Source of the DNA: a virus
UHGV virus genome: UHGV-0298424
Direction: 5' to 3' (one strand)
DNA length: 64,000 bases
The notes beneath the pieces were generated by a model. That model had not been told where the DNA came from, ran no database searches, and worked only from the letters and a program-made list of their open reading frames with translations. Made by a program: the position numbers and the translations under genes. Shown piece by piece: positions 38,631-48,702 of this stretch (position 1 is the first letter of the stretch; the number at the start of each line of letters is the position of its first letter).

Positions 38631-38649
38631 GCCGCGACTAAAGCGCGGC
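38631..38649 (-). terminator. intrinsic terminator hairpin
   Basis: GCCGCG-ACTAAAG-CGCGGC; T-rich tract on minus strand. Confidence 0.4.
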
Positions 38650-38675
38650 AGTTAGAGAAAGTCTATTTTTACTTA

Positions 38676-39827
38676 TTAGAGGTCAGCAACAAACAACAGC
38701 TGGCAGCCGTACTTTTGTACGTCCGCCCAACCGTAGTCTTTTCCGATTATAGGTAGATGTAAAAAATCCAGCTTCTCGTCTTTCGCTTTTAGTTTCGCCA
38801 TTAACGTATTGGACTCCTCAGCACTGAGCAGTAATGCGGGCTCTTTTTCAGTACGTCCTTCTGCGGTTGGGAAGAAATTGTAATAGCTGCGAGTAGGTAA
38901 ATCGACAGAAAAACTACGATTGCCTATTCTGGCGATGAACGCAACTCCTTCACAGTTAGCATCTACACTACACGACCATCCCGCCTCCGTTAAAAGGTCT
39001 TTTAACAGACACCACACTTTAAGTTGGTTCTTAGAAACTGTACGGTAAATAGCAAGATGTTCAGGAAGTAAATGTACGCCCATAACCACGTTTTCAGATT
39101 TCTCGTCAAGCAACTCTGGATGCTGTATCGGGAACAATAATTCAGTGATACCCACGTTATCAATTTTGTTAACAAAATCAGTTAATTCATCTTTTAAGGT
39201 ACACACGGATTTTTCTCCTTTGTCTTCAATAATCAGGTGGGGTTCGCCGCTAATTAAAATGTGGTAAACGAGATCGTCAGTAGAACGGTAAGTGAGCTTG
39301 ATTGCTTTATCACTTAATATTTCGTAGCGGAAGAAACTTTCGTACCAACTTGAGCCGAAATCGTTTTGTGTGAGTTCCTGCTCAACTTTGATGGTTTTTG
39401 CTTCAAAGCCGATTAACTCGCTTAATAACGCGAGTTCTTGTTTAGTTAAAATAGTTACACCGTGAAAGGGCACTTGTTCAAGCTGAAAACATAACTTAGT
39501 GACTTCACCATTTGGGAAGACCTTAAACATAATCTTCCGGTTGCTACTCTTTTCCCTAACAACAAGTTTACGGTAATTTAGTCCACAATTTGTGTAAGAC
39601 GTGAACTGGTAACCTTCAATTTCTTCATCGAAAGTACAGACATCGACAGGCGCGATAATCTCATTGTATTCACTAAGTACACAGCAGCCCAATTTATAAC
39701 CAAACAACGTATGTTGTAAAAAATAGTCGAGGGTTAAGCTTGGTAGTGGCCAAGCCCGATTATAGCATCTGTCCATCAGTTCTTTTAGGTACTTGGCATG
39801 TCTTGGTTTAGAAATAATATTTCGCAT
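38676..39827 (-). CDS. hypothetical protein, QLLF-tail paralog family member 2
   Basis: 383 aa; C-terminus FFPT...GWADVQKYGCQLLFVADL; appears to contain an internal duplication of the domain. Confidence 0.45.
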   Translation of the reverse strand: MRNIISKPRHAKYLKELMDRCYNRAWPLPSLTLDYFLQHTLFGYKLGCCVLSEYNEIIAPVDVCTFDEEIEGYQFTSYTNCGLNYRKLVVREKSSNRKIMFKVFPNGEVTKLCFQLEQVPFHGVTILTKQELALLSELIGFEAKTIKVEQELTQNDFGSSWYESFFRYEILSDKAIKLTYRSTDDLVYHILISGEPHLIIEDKGEKSVCTLKDELTDFVNKIDNVGITELLFPIQHPELLDEKSENVVMGVHLLPEHLAIYRTVSKNQLKVWCLLKDLLTEAGWSCSVDANCEGVAFIARIGNRSFSVDLPTRSYYNFFPTAEGRTEKEPALLLSAEESNTLMAKLKAKDEKLDFLHLPIIGKDYGWADVQKYGCQLLFVADL

Positions 39828-39859
39828 TTTTACTCTCCTTTAGGGGGTTTTTTCGTTAC

Positions 39860-40414
39860 TTAAGCAGGGCAAGCTAAGAACAACAACTGCTGACCGATTT
39901 TACGTACGGTATACCAACCGTGGGCTTTAGCGACCGCGATCAACGTTTCCCAGTCATCAACATCACATTGCTCGTTCCGAAGTTTTGTAAAGAGTGCTTC
40001 GGCTTCGTCTTGGTTTAATAACTTACCTGGATTATCAGGGGTGGTGCCAGAAGGGGTTGGAAAGAAATCGTATTGACGCGCTAAGAGAAAATCAACCAGA
40101 TACTTGGTGTTCTCTTTATAAACCAGCGTGGAAGTCTTCCCTTCGTGGAAGAAGCTGCCTGTTTTCCAAACGCTATCTTTCAGTAAGCTCTGAAGGTAAT
40201 CTGTAAAGCCCGTTCTAAATGGGATATGCGTTTTACGCGTGATGTTGCGACGCAGCGGGGTTTCCTCTACAGCTTGTACACTTACCCCTACTATCATCGC
40301 ACCTGGCTGGATAATGGTATTGGTCAGTACGGTATAAGGACGGACAAAGAAATGTTCGCCTACGCCTTTTTCAAGGGTTTGGATAATTTCATTTTTCAGT
40401 TCAGTTTGAAACAT
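39860..40414 (-). CDS. hypothetical protein, QLLF-tail paralog family member 3
   Basis: 184 aa; C-terminus FFPTPSG...HGWYTVRKIGQQLLFLA. Confidence 0.45.
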   Translation of the reverse strand: MFQTELKNEIIQTLEKGVGEHFFVRPYTVLTNTIIQPGAMIVGVSVQAVEETPLRRNITRKTHIPFRTGFTDYLQSLLKDSVWKTGSFFHEGKTSTLVYKENTKYLVDFLLARQYDFFPTPSGTTPDNPGKLLNQDEAEALFTKLRNEQCDVDDWETLIAVAKAHGWYTVRKIGQQLLFLACPA

Positions 40415-40445
40415 GGTATATTCTCCTTTTTTTCGGTTTTCTTAA

Positions 40446-41183
40446 TTACGCGGTTTTAATTAACAGCAGATAGTCCTTCGTAATCTCAGCACAACTCCAC
40501 CCTCTCATCGTGGCGATTTTACGAAGATCAATTTTCTCGTGATATTTCAATAAGGGATCGTCTGAGTTAATCTCAACCAGGTGGGTGGCTTTAGAAATCG
40601 TTTCCACATCTGGGATCTGTTTTGCTAAGTCGGATGCAATCAGTTCAATAACGCGGTAACCCTTTAACACAGAAACATAGATGCGCAAACCATATAGCGT
40701 GCCCTCGTCTTCTAATGGACAAAGATCGATGCCGGGTCCAAGCAGTGATAACTCGACGTTATCGGGAAGGTTTTCTGCATTTCGGAGTAACCCTATCCCA
40801 TTTCTAAACAGAGGGAAGTAAGAGAATAGTGGTGGTAAAGCCCAACCGTTCCCAATAAGCACATCATCGATACTAGTAGGCGTGTTCGCAAGAAGACGAA
40901 TGTGGTCAGCCACAACTTCAAGTTCGGCATCACTGATCAACTTATAGATTAACATGACACTGGTTTCGGTATTAATAACGAAGAAGACGCGGTTGGCGTA
41001 ACTGCCTATCACGTATTCGTCAATCATACAGTCGATAACGTCAGTGTCTGGATAATCTTCAGGTTTAATTGTTCCAGCATCGATTAACTTAGCAGGTTGC
41101 GATTGTTTTAATAGTTCGTTAACAACAGTAGAAGAAAGTTCTAAACTGGTGTTAGTAAAGATATCGTCTAATAATTCTCTCAT
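40446..41183 (-). CDS. hypothetical protein, QLLF-tail paralog family member 4
   Basis: N-terminus MRELLDDIF, C-terminus RGWSCAEITKDYLLLIKTA; first gene of the minus block. Confidence 0.45.
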   Translation of the reverse strand: MRELLDDIFTNTSLELSSTVVNELLKQSQPAKLIDAGTIKPEDYPDTDVIDCMIDEYVIGSYANRVFFVINTETSVMLIYKLISDAELEVVADHIRLLANTPTSIDDVLIGNGWALPPLFSYFPLFRNGIGLLRNAENLPDNVELSLLGPGIDLCPLEDEGTLYGLRIYVSVLKGYRVIELIASDLAKQIPDVETISKATHLVEINSDDPLLKYHEKIDLRKIATMRGWSCAEITKDYLLLIKTA

Positions 41184-41279
41184 GATTTACTCGCTAATCT
41201 TAATAAAGGGAAGTCTATTATTATGGATTGTAAAAGAGGTATAAGGAAGTCACTACGTTCCTCTGGGAAGAGTATGTCG

Positions 41280-41340
41280 GTATACTACGTATACCTCCGC
41301 TATTTATATCCGTATACATAATGCCCCCTACCCCCTACCG
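41280..41340. promoter_or_regulatory. cluster of GTATAC palindromes and CCCCTACC direct repeats
   Basis: three GTATAC hexamers within 40 bp (41280-41317) followed by CCCCCTACCCCCTACC; lies in the 420-bp divergent intergenic region. Confidence 0.3.
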
Positions 41341-41519
41341 GTATCCCGAGTAGCAGAATAAAGGGACAGACTGTAAAATTTTAGTACCTGTTATCGGAAG
41401 GTACTAAATGGAGTGTAGTCTTTAAGCCGTTTGTGCAGCTCATTGAGACTTTCTTTTTTTAGTAGACATGATCTGTCTCCCCAAATGGTTTAATCAATCC
41501 GTTTCGAATGAAACGTGTC

Positions 41520-41590
41520 CGTAGGGACTGAAGTGCCAGTTCAGTCCCTATTCACTTAAGTAATATATATCTGAAATCAATTCCGATCTA
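41520..41590 (+). promoter_or_regulatory. hairpin plus conserved TAAGTAATATATATCTGAAAT motif (copy 2)
   Basis: AGGGACTGAA-loop-TTCAGTCCCT stem followed by the motif, about 15 nt upstream of the first plus-strand structural gene. Confidence 0.4.
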
Positions 41591-41602
41591 AGGAACGTCC
41601 CG

Positions 41603-42568
41603 ATGGAGAAATCCAGTGTTGATTTTTTCTCAATTGGTATCGTCGCGGAAGACAAACCCCGTGGTACAGATCGGGTAAAAGTGATACCAATTGAAACTAA
41701 TTTTGCTAACCCTACCGTGGTGCAATCTGTTTCTTCAGCAACTGAAAAGACACATGAAACATCTGGTGCAACAGATAACCTAACCATTAAGACGGGTAAC
41801 ACGATAACAGCAAAGTGGTGGAAGTTTAACTCCAACCGAATTAATTCCCCTGACGTTAAACGAGAAGATTACGTTATCTTGTTACGTTTGGGGAAAACCG
41901 ATATTTATTTTTGGATTGATCTGAACTTCGCTAACGTTAAGCGATTAGAGGATGCGGTTTACGCGTGGTCTGCTGACCCTGAAAACCAGATGGCGGATGA
42001 CCTGTCCAATGCGTATGTGTTGAATATCTCGACGATTGACAAACATATCACGCTAAGAACAAGTATGGTGAACGGTGAGAAAGCGGCGTGGTTATTTCAG
42101 TTTGATAATGCAAATGGCACGTGGCAGTGTGTTGACCACAAAGGGAATAAGTATTACATTAACTCGGTGGAAGACGATTTAGGTTTTGAGAATGCGATGC
42201 TCTCAAAAGTGAACATCAACAAAGAAGATGCGTTCATTTATTCAAAGCGTTCTATTAACCTGGAAACGAAAACGATTAATGAAAAATGCGAAGTTCGCAA
42301 TACGGAAGCAGCGAAATCCGTTACGTTTAAAACACAAACCTGGTTAACGGAAGCAGGGAGTTCGACAACATTTAAAACGCCGAACTTTAAACAAGAAGGG
42401 AAGGAAGCGATGTTCACCGGTAATCTGGAAGTCGCTAAGAACTTCAAATACGGTGGTACGGGCAAAGGCGTCGGTGTCTTTACGGTTAAAGATGCCGTTA
42501 TTTCTGGTATTACCTTTAGCGTTCACATTCACCAAGGTAAACATGGCCCGACATCACCTCCGCAATAA
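41603..42568 (+). CDS. hypothetical protein (possible baseplate/tail component)
   Basis: 321-aa ORF, first of the plus-strand structural block; AAGGAA SD. Confidence 0.45.
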   Translation: MEKSSVDFFSIGIVAEDKPRGTDRVKVIPIETNFANPTVVQSVSSATEKTHETSGATDNLTIKTGNTITAKWWKFNSNRINSPDVKREDYVILLRLGKTDIYFWIDLNFANVKRLEDAVYAWSADPENQMADDLSNAYVLNISTIDKHITLRTSMVNGEKAAWLFQFDNANGTWQCVDHKGNKYYINSVEDDLGFENAMLSKVNINKEDAFIYSKRSINLETKTINEKCEVRNTEAAKSVTFKTQTWLTEAGSSTTFKTPNFKQEGKEAMFTGNLEVAKNFKYGGTGKGVGVFTVKDAVISGITFSVHIHQGKHGPTSPPQ

Positions 42569-42774
42569 TTCCCCTTTTTCTTACGTTGTTTTTATATATT
42601 GTGACCTGACGTTGGTAAAACTTTTTATCAACACTTTTCTTAAACCCATCGTTTAGTTAAGCAGGCCACTTTTTTCGCGCACTCTACTCCTCCCTACGGG
42701 GAGGAGCTATCTTATGCTTCGGTTGTAATACACGTCGGTCTTAGACCACTAACCTTTTGAAATGGAGAGCTGTT

Positions 42775-42984
42775 ATGTCTATTAAAGAGTTCTCTTCTGC
42801 TGAGCATATTCCAGAAGAGTTTAAGAAAATCGGTAACGTTAGCGCTTTCGGCGATACCGTTGATCATGTAACTGGTAAACTGGCTGCTGAAGCCGAAAAA
42901 ATTGGCGGCGACGCATTCAAAGTTATAGGTATTTCCGGCAACAACAAACTGCACGGTAACGCGATTGTCTACAAAAAAGACTAA
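42775..42984 (+). CDS. DUF1471 (YdgH/BhsA/McbA-like) domain protein
   Basis: ATG 42775 after GGAGAG; KIGNVSAFGDT...LAAEAEKIGGDAFKVIGISGNNKLHGNAIVYKK resembles the enterobacterial DUF1471 fold; no signal peptide. Confidence 0.5.
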   Translation: MSIKEFSSAEHIPEEFKKIGNVSAFGDTVDHVTGKLAAEAEKIGGDAFKVIGISGNNKLHGNAIVYKKD

Positions 42985-43003
42985 GCGAAAAAAAAACGTG
43001 CTA

Positions 43004-43028
43004 CTCCTACCCTCTTAGAGGGTAGGAG
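43004..43028. terminator. bidirectional terminator
   Basis: CTCCTACCCTC-TTAG-GAGGGTAGGAG flanked by A9 and T7 runs; between convergent genes. Confidence 0.6.
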
Positions 43029-43034
43029 GTTACT

Positions 43035-44297
43035 TTATTTTTTTCGTGCCCTAAAGCGATGCATTTCTAAATACACTTTTTCCCAGGGACCGAATGGACC
43101 AACGATTGCTTGAGCGTCGTTAATCTTCTTCTGATTATACCACCGGGCTTCACGAAAGACGTAGTTTTGACTGTCGAATTCGGTAGTGTTAAATACCCAC
43201 TCACCTTCCTCCCACGTAGGCCAATAACCTACCGTCTTACCAAATCGATTATTTAAGTACCCTAATGGTTTTTCAGAATCAGGATCGTTGGGGTCCTTGA
43301 GATAACAACGTCCCCAAACGGCGTTATGCGAAACGCCCACAACTTCTTCTTCTAAATACGGATTATCTACCGTAAAGATAAAAGAGGATTCGTGCAGTAA
43401 AAGCGCTTTCAGTGTTTCAGGGTTACGAATACGTTGAACGTTGGTAGGCGATGATAAATCCCCTACACCAATGCTATCCCAGTCGTAATAACGGCGGGTT
43501 TCCAGAACGGTCCGTGCAAGATCAAAATTCGGTAAAGAAATCATGATCGCGCGGTCAGAGAAATAACCGTCCGGGGGTAACCAACGTAACAATCCGCCTA
43601 TGACGAAACCCACGGTTTTCCCCGTAATAGACTCAGGCAGCGATATCATTAACGTGGAGTAATAGTCGCGTGTAGTGTCGAGCTTGTTTAGCGTAAGGTT
43701 GGCGATTGGGTAAGTTTTAACATTCCCTAGCTGACCAAAAACCATACAGCCAATATCTGGCGTACATGCTCTCCGTACAATTTTACCGGCCCCAGGCAAC
43801 CGCACACCTACGGTATCCGTCTGGTGCGGTACCCATTGACCGTTAATGTTGTACAGCACACTATTACGGTATTTGTCTTTCCACTTGTCCTCACAAACGA
43901 CGACAACGTCATCAGCATCGTCTAGGCTGAAATCTTGACTGTGGTGGTACCCTGGTGGACACAGATATGTTTCGACAGGTACATCGGCATTAATTGATTG
44001 GTAGTGTGCCCAACTGAATTCCAGTTTCGGCAATCCAGCCTTTAGAGTGGGAATGACGTTTCCGGCCTTTTCGTTTAACCAATCTTGTAAAGTGTCTGTT
44101 CGGTTTTGTAGTTCGGCAAGATGGTATTGACTGACTAACGTATAGTCTTTACCAAGTGCACTTAAACCGATCTCAAAGGTGTGGTAGTCTGAACACAACG
44201 TAGTTAAAGGTTGCGTGACATCGATGGCTCCCCAGGTACGGGACTCTCGAGAGAAGCCAAAAGCGCTGTCGGGTCGCACTTGATAAGCAGTAGTCAC
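43035..44297 (-). CDS. hypothetical protein (420 aa)
   Basis: only minus-strand gene inside the structural block; bidirectional terminator 43004-43028 at its 3' end. Confidence 0.45.
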   Translation of the reverse strand: MTTAYQVRPDSAFGFSRESRTWGAIDVTQPLTTLCSDYHTFEIGLSALGKDYTLVSQYHLAELQNRTDTLQDWLNEKAGNVIPTLKAGLPKLEFSWAHYQSINADVPVETYLCPPGYHHSQDFSLDDADDVVVVCEDKWKDKYRNSVLYNINGQWVPHQTDTVGVRLPGAGKIVRRACTPDIGCMVFGQLGNVKTYPIANLTLNKLDTTRDYYSTLMISLPESITGKTVGFVIGGLLRWLPPDGYFSDRAIMISLPNFDLARTVLETRRYYDWDSIGVGDLSSPTNVQRIRNPETLKALLLHESSFIFTVDNPYLEEEVVGVSHNAVWGRCYLKDPNDPDSEKPLGYLNNRFGKTVGYWPTWEEGEWVFNTTEFDSQNYVFREARWYNQKKINDAQAIVGPFGPWEKVYLEMHRFRARKK

Positions 44298-44366
44298 AGC
44301 TCTTTTTCCTCTATAGATTCAAGTCATAGTATGAACTTCGACGCCCACGGACTATAGGAGTAGATA

Positions 44367-47300
44367 ATGGCTGTCGTCTTAGACCCACACTTCAAAAAAC
44401 CGGGGAATAAAATAACCGGTGAAGCGGTCGCCGTCATTGGTACGAAATACCGAATGTTGGTACCTGCCCACGCCCCTTTTTTCACCACATCCCTGGTGGT
44501 CAAGAGCGGCGGCAAAATACTGACCTTAGGCGACGATTACGTTATTACACACCCGTACGAGACTGGTATGTTGCGCACAGCCTATCTCATTCACGGGATG
44601 ATTTGGATTGTTAATGACAAATACAAATCGAACTTTACTGTAGATTACCATGCTGTTGGTTGTGGCCAGGCTACTCAGCAGCAGATTACCGCAGAGCGCG
44701 AGCTTAATAAAGGTAAATACCCCTCCGCGTGTCAGTGGGACACCGTTATCGGAGACGTTTACTTTCCACCGGTCGATATCCAGTTCGATTGGGAGAATTG
44801 GAAAGGTGAACTGGAGCTAATGCAGGCCATTGCTGGGGTAGGCGATTCGTTAGGGGAAGTCGTGAGTCGTCTTAACCCAATCGCACGCAATACACTGGAT
44901 TTGGAATATCGTGCTAATAGCAAGGTTATCACTTCCGAGCAGTATGCTGCGTACGATAATAAAGGCGGTTTCACCTACAACACAGCTCGCCACCGTTATA
45001 GCCTGAGTTATAAAGCGACAACCTTTAACAACTATTCCCTGTCGGTGAAACACAGAATTCCTGCTATTCTGCCAGACATGACAAAGTTGAATCCGAACGA
45101 ACAGATCGATTGGATGCTCTGTTATGCCAACGGCGGTGCAAGTATTCTACGGTTACAGCTAAAACAGCGCAAAATCTCACTGGTCTTAACTGTCGCTATT
45201 GGCAGTGGTTCAACAAACTACGATTATACTTTAATCAACGGTTTAACTGACGATGAGTTAAAAAACGATATCGATTTTAGTGTAACCCGACAACCCGGAA
45301 ACGGCGTTTACGTAATCGTAGTAAAAACAAATAAACAGACCATGGATTATACGTTCAACGTCGATACGCCGCCTGATGAGTTCTCGGCAGGGTATTCGAA
45401 AACGGATGTAGCCAAATGGTTGAAGTCTAAAACGAACATTAACCTGAACTGGTATGCGGCTGAAAACGATTATGTTCAAATTCGTTCTTTACCCGGCGCG
45501 CCGGAGCCTGACGTCGATAACGATGTTTACCAGTTAATAGTTAAGTATCATCAGTTGGTTGAGCAGCTGTATCGTAATGCGCCTGCGCACGAACACGTTA
45601 CACGTAAGGACAACCCACACACAGATACGTGGGGTCCGATCCGTGCGTTAGAGTTGAACGGTATTGCGTCGGATGCAGCATTAGCTTACGGAAAAACGAA
45701 GCCGCAGTTAACGGATTATGTTAATGCTAAGTATCCAACACAAGCGACGCTGACAGCACAAAAGAAACTATTGCGCACGTCAGCTACGAAAACGGCTAAC
45801 GGAACTATTGGAACGCTGCCCGGTTTTACTTCGTTCACGACGGAAGTTGACCCGGTGTCAATGTCGAAATACGTGAGTCCTCGTTTTAGCGAAAGCTACG
45901 TTAGTAATGGTCACAGGTATCACGGTGCGCTTCGTTACACAGGAACGAAGAGTGGATTCGCCACTTCTTTTAATGCGGTACCTGCTAACCTGCAAGATAT
46001 TGACTTTATTGTTACCGGACGTAAAACAGCGTCTGGTAATGAAGCTGTCGGTACGGTTAGCCTACGTTTCTATCAGAAACCTGGTACTAACTCTGGAAAA
46101 TTTATCCAGCTTACAGGTGAAATTTCTGCGGGTAAAGTCGGCGTTAAGTTGGAACTGAACGGTTTTTCGAATCCCACACCGGAAGTTCAGTATCTTTCCC
46201 AAGCTCCTAATCCAGCAATACCGGATGGGGATTTTACGCTGCGTTTTCAACTGAAACGCACAGGGAACGTGTTTGATGTCGTTATTACCATAAACGGCAA
46301 GACATACAGTGCACGTGTTAACTTCACTAACATGGACGCTGCACTAGAAGCATTGGAGAATAGCCACCACTTTAAATCATTGATCAGTAATGTTGCTGAC
46401 AATGTCACTATTAGCTCGGGGAATAAAGGTAACACGGTTACCATTAAGAAAGCGCCCGACGTCGTTGACGGGACCAGTTTAGGTGCCCAGTTTGTCGTTG
46501 ACCCGAAATCCATTAAGTTTATTGGACAAGGTTCAACCGAGGTTAATGCGGGGAATAACCCTGTAACGTTTCAAGCAGGTACTAACCAACTTATATTGTA
46601 TCCTGATGATCGTGGGTTACAGTGGCGTGGTAAGAAACTCTTAGACCCCACTACCGTGGCTCCGTATCTGCCAGGCAATACCGCGGGCGGTACGGGATTA
46701 TTCTACGGTACATCTACAACCACGGTAGAACTTACCGGTAGCGGGATAAAAGCATCGCCGTTCGTAGCGACTTTTATTCTCCCTACCGCGACCGATACAA
46801 CAGCCCTGGCAGCTTGGCAGTTGACCGATGAGTTTGGTACCGCTGAAAACCTTGCAGCAACGCCAGCACTGATTGAAAAACTCGATGCGGAGTTCACCGG
46901 TAAATTAGTTGCGGTTAAATCGTACATTAACGACATGCAACTTACCAGCTCGGTCACTATCGACAAAATTACCTTTGGTTTAGGTAACGTTGCGAATACA
47001 CCCGATGTCAATTTACCGATTTCTACAGCACAACGTGCGGAGTTAGATAAATACTCGCCTAAAGTTCACCAACACCCGTTTACCGCTTTTGGTACTGGGA
47101 ACGCAACCACAGCGAAACGTGGTCTGATTAAATTTGGTCTGGATGTGGATGATGCGACTTTAGCACTCGATGGGAGTGTGGTAATGGCGCAGACTTCCCA
47201 GATTGAAAAATTGGAAAATGCTGTCGGTGGCGTTGACTCGGGTGCTCGCGTTGACATTATTCGTTTCGGCAAGTCTGGTGACGACTTAATTAACGTTACG

Positions 47301-48689
47301 GTTAAAGACAAAATTCTGGCTATGCTCCCCGCTTCAACGTACTTTGTTGGTGGTGAGACGTATGACGTACCGTTAATGTCGGTTAACGTCACTGAACGTT
47401 TCCCGAATCCGAAAACGTTGATCTACGCAGGAATTTTTGTTGATATTGTTGACAACAAAGCGAAGTATGTTATCCACGACAGCTACAATCAGGCTGAAAC
47501 GGATACCATGACGCGCGTGGGAAGACTCGTTGTCAATGAGCTTTCCGAAGTGGACGTAGTGGAATTGCGTAACGTGACACGATTAGGCGAATTCCACGAG
47601 CTGAAAGACCACATCGCTAATGACAACGCACACATTCAACGTTCTGCTTCGCGCGCAGTATTGGGGTTAAGTGATTTAACAGTAGGTGCACCTTGCTGGG
47701 CTTCTGGACTCCAGGCAGTAGTGCGTGGTGAAGCAGATTGGCGTTATGTTGTTCGTGGACAGTATAAAGCATTAGACGGGGTGAAATACGACCAGATCGC
47801 ATCAAAGTGGATTTTCGATGCGAAAGGGGTAAGTGACAACGTTCACGGGTTTATTCACAACTTATTCCCGACTTTCAAAAACGCAGGAATGCGGGTAAGT
47901 TGGGAAACAGAAAGCAACGCAAAAACCGGAACAGTGTTAGAAACTGTTTTAGGTTGTTGGAAGAACACCGACGGCGAGTTTATGCGGTTGTCATTACTTA
48001 TCACTCGCGGTTATCGTTTAACTGACAGTAACGGTGAATATTGTTACGCAGGGTTCGGTTTGAACTTCGGTAGCGGGAAATCGGTAGTGGTAGGTTTCAC
48101 ACCAACGAAGCGTGTTACGCCTGCACCGTGGAGTTCATTACGACCTGACGTAACGTTTACCCACACCCGTGGTGCAAACAACGCAATAACGTTTAATGCA
48201 TCGCTGACTTTAGCTGGCACTGTGTATACTATCGTGGTGTTTTTATCCGCGACAGATAAATACGTAAGCTGTACGGCGGCAGGGGGAACTACGCAGAAAA
48301 TCCCATTAGCCGACCGTTTAACCGGGTTCAATATCGAACCTATCGTTAATGATCCGTATACCCCTATTTACTACGGTTTAGGGGGACTTTATGAGGATGA
48401 GGTTCGTGCCAACATCCGCTCTACAGCAGACAGCGCAACTGCGAACAAAGTCTACGGTACGTTGTTGGACTATGTTAGCAACTATTCCTCATTAAATCGA
48501 GTACGCGTCATGGAATTGTCCGGTGTCAGCTCAGACCCCGAAACGCTTAATGCGTTAGTGGCAACTGAATTTAATAACAACCTGGCAGATTACGCTGCGT
48601 TACCGATACCTCCTTATCTTAACAAGGAGCGCGTAATGTCGTTTATCGACACCGACAATAAAGTGCAGGCGGTAATCATTCGCGATTAA
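44367..48689 (+). CDS. tail fibre protein (1440 aa)
   Basis: TAGGAG SD; N-terminal P-x-x-PFF...G-DY-x-x domain shared with the next three genes; KITFGLGNVANTPDVNLPIS fibre-type repeat. Confidence 0.65.
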   Translation: MAVVLDPHFKKPGNKITGEAVAVIGTKYRMLVPAHAPFFTTSLVVKSGGKILTLGDDYVITHPYETGMLRTAYLIHGMIWIVNDKYKSNFTVDYHAVGCGQATQQQITAERELNKGKYPSACQWDTVIGDVYFPPVDIQFDWENWKGELELMQAIAGVGDSLGEVVSRLNPIARNTLDLEYRANSKVITSEQYAAYDNKGGFTYNTARHRYSLSYKATTFNNYSLSVKHRIPAILPDMTKLNPNEQIDWMLCYANGGASILRLQLKQRKISLVLTVAIGSGSTNYDYTLINGLTDDELKNDIDFSVTRQPGNGVYVIVVKTNKQTMDYTFNVDTPPDEFSAGYSKTDVAKWLKSKTNINLNWYAAENDYVQIRSLPGAPEPDVDNDVYQLIVKYHQLVEQLYRNAPAHEHVTRKDNPHTDTWGPIRALELNGIASDAALAYGKTKPQLTDYVNAKYPTQATLTAQKKLLRTSATKTANGTIGTLPGFTSFTTEVDPVSMSKYVSPRFSESYVSNGHRYHGALRYTGTKSGFATSFNAVPANLQDIDFIVTGRKTASGNEAVGTVSLRFYQKPGTNSGKFIQLTGEISAGKVGVKLELNGFSNPTPEVQYLSQAPNPAIPDGDFTLRFQLKRTGNVFDVVITINGKTYSARVNFTNMDAALEALENSHHFKSLISNVADNVTISSGNKGNTVTIKKAPDVVDGTSLGAQFVVDPKSIKFIGQGSTEVNAGNNPVTFQAGTNQLILYPDDRGLQWRGKKLLDPTTVAPYLPGNTAGGTGLFYGTSTTTVELTGSGIKASPFVATFILPTATDTTALAAWQLTDEFGTAENLAATPALIEKLDAEFTGKLVAVKSYINDMQLTSSVTIDKITFGLGNVANTPDVNLPISTAQRAELDKYSPKVHQHPFTAFGTGNATTAKRGLIKFGLDVDDATLALDGSVVMAQTSQIEKLENAVGGVDSGARVDIIRFGKSGDDLINVTVKDKILAMLPASTYFVGGETYDVPLMSVNVTERFPNPKTLIYAGIFVDIVDNKAKYVIHDSYNQAETDTMTRVGRLVVNELSEVDVVELRNVTRLGEFHELKDHIANDNAHIQRSASRAVLGLSDLTVGAPCWASGLQAVVRGEADWRYVVRGQYKALDGVKYDQIASKWIFDAKGVSDNVHGFIHNLFPTFKNAGMRVSWETESNAKTGTVLETVLGCWKNTDGEFMRLSLLITRGYRLTDSNGEYCYAGFGLNFGSGKSVVVGFTPTKRVTPAPWSSLRPDVTFTHTRGANNAITFNASLTLAGTVYTIVVFLSATDKYVSCTAAGGTTQKIPLADRLTGFNIEPIVNDPYTPIYYGLGGLYEDEVRANIRSTADSATANKVYGTLLDYVSNYSSLNRVRVMELSGVSSDPETLNALVATEFNNNLADYAALPIPPYLNKERVMSFIDTDNKVQAVIIRD

Positions 48690-48702
48690 GGAGAATTTTT
48701 TG

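Noticed and set aside
41184-41602. Possible tRNA in the long intergenic region (GTTTCGAAT resembles a T-arm)
   Set aside because: Could not assemble an acceptor stem, D-arm or anticodon arm around it; the whole window was not scanned exhaustively, so a tRNA elsewhere cannot be excluded without tRNAscan-SE.
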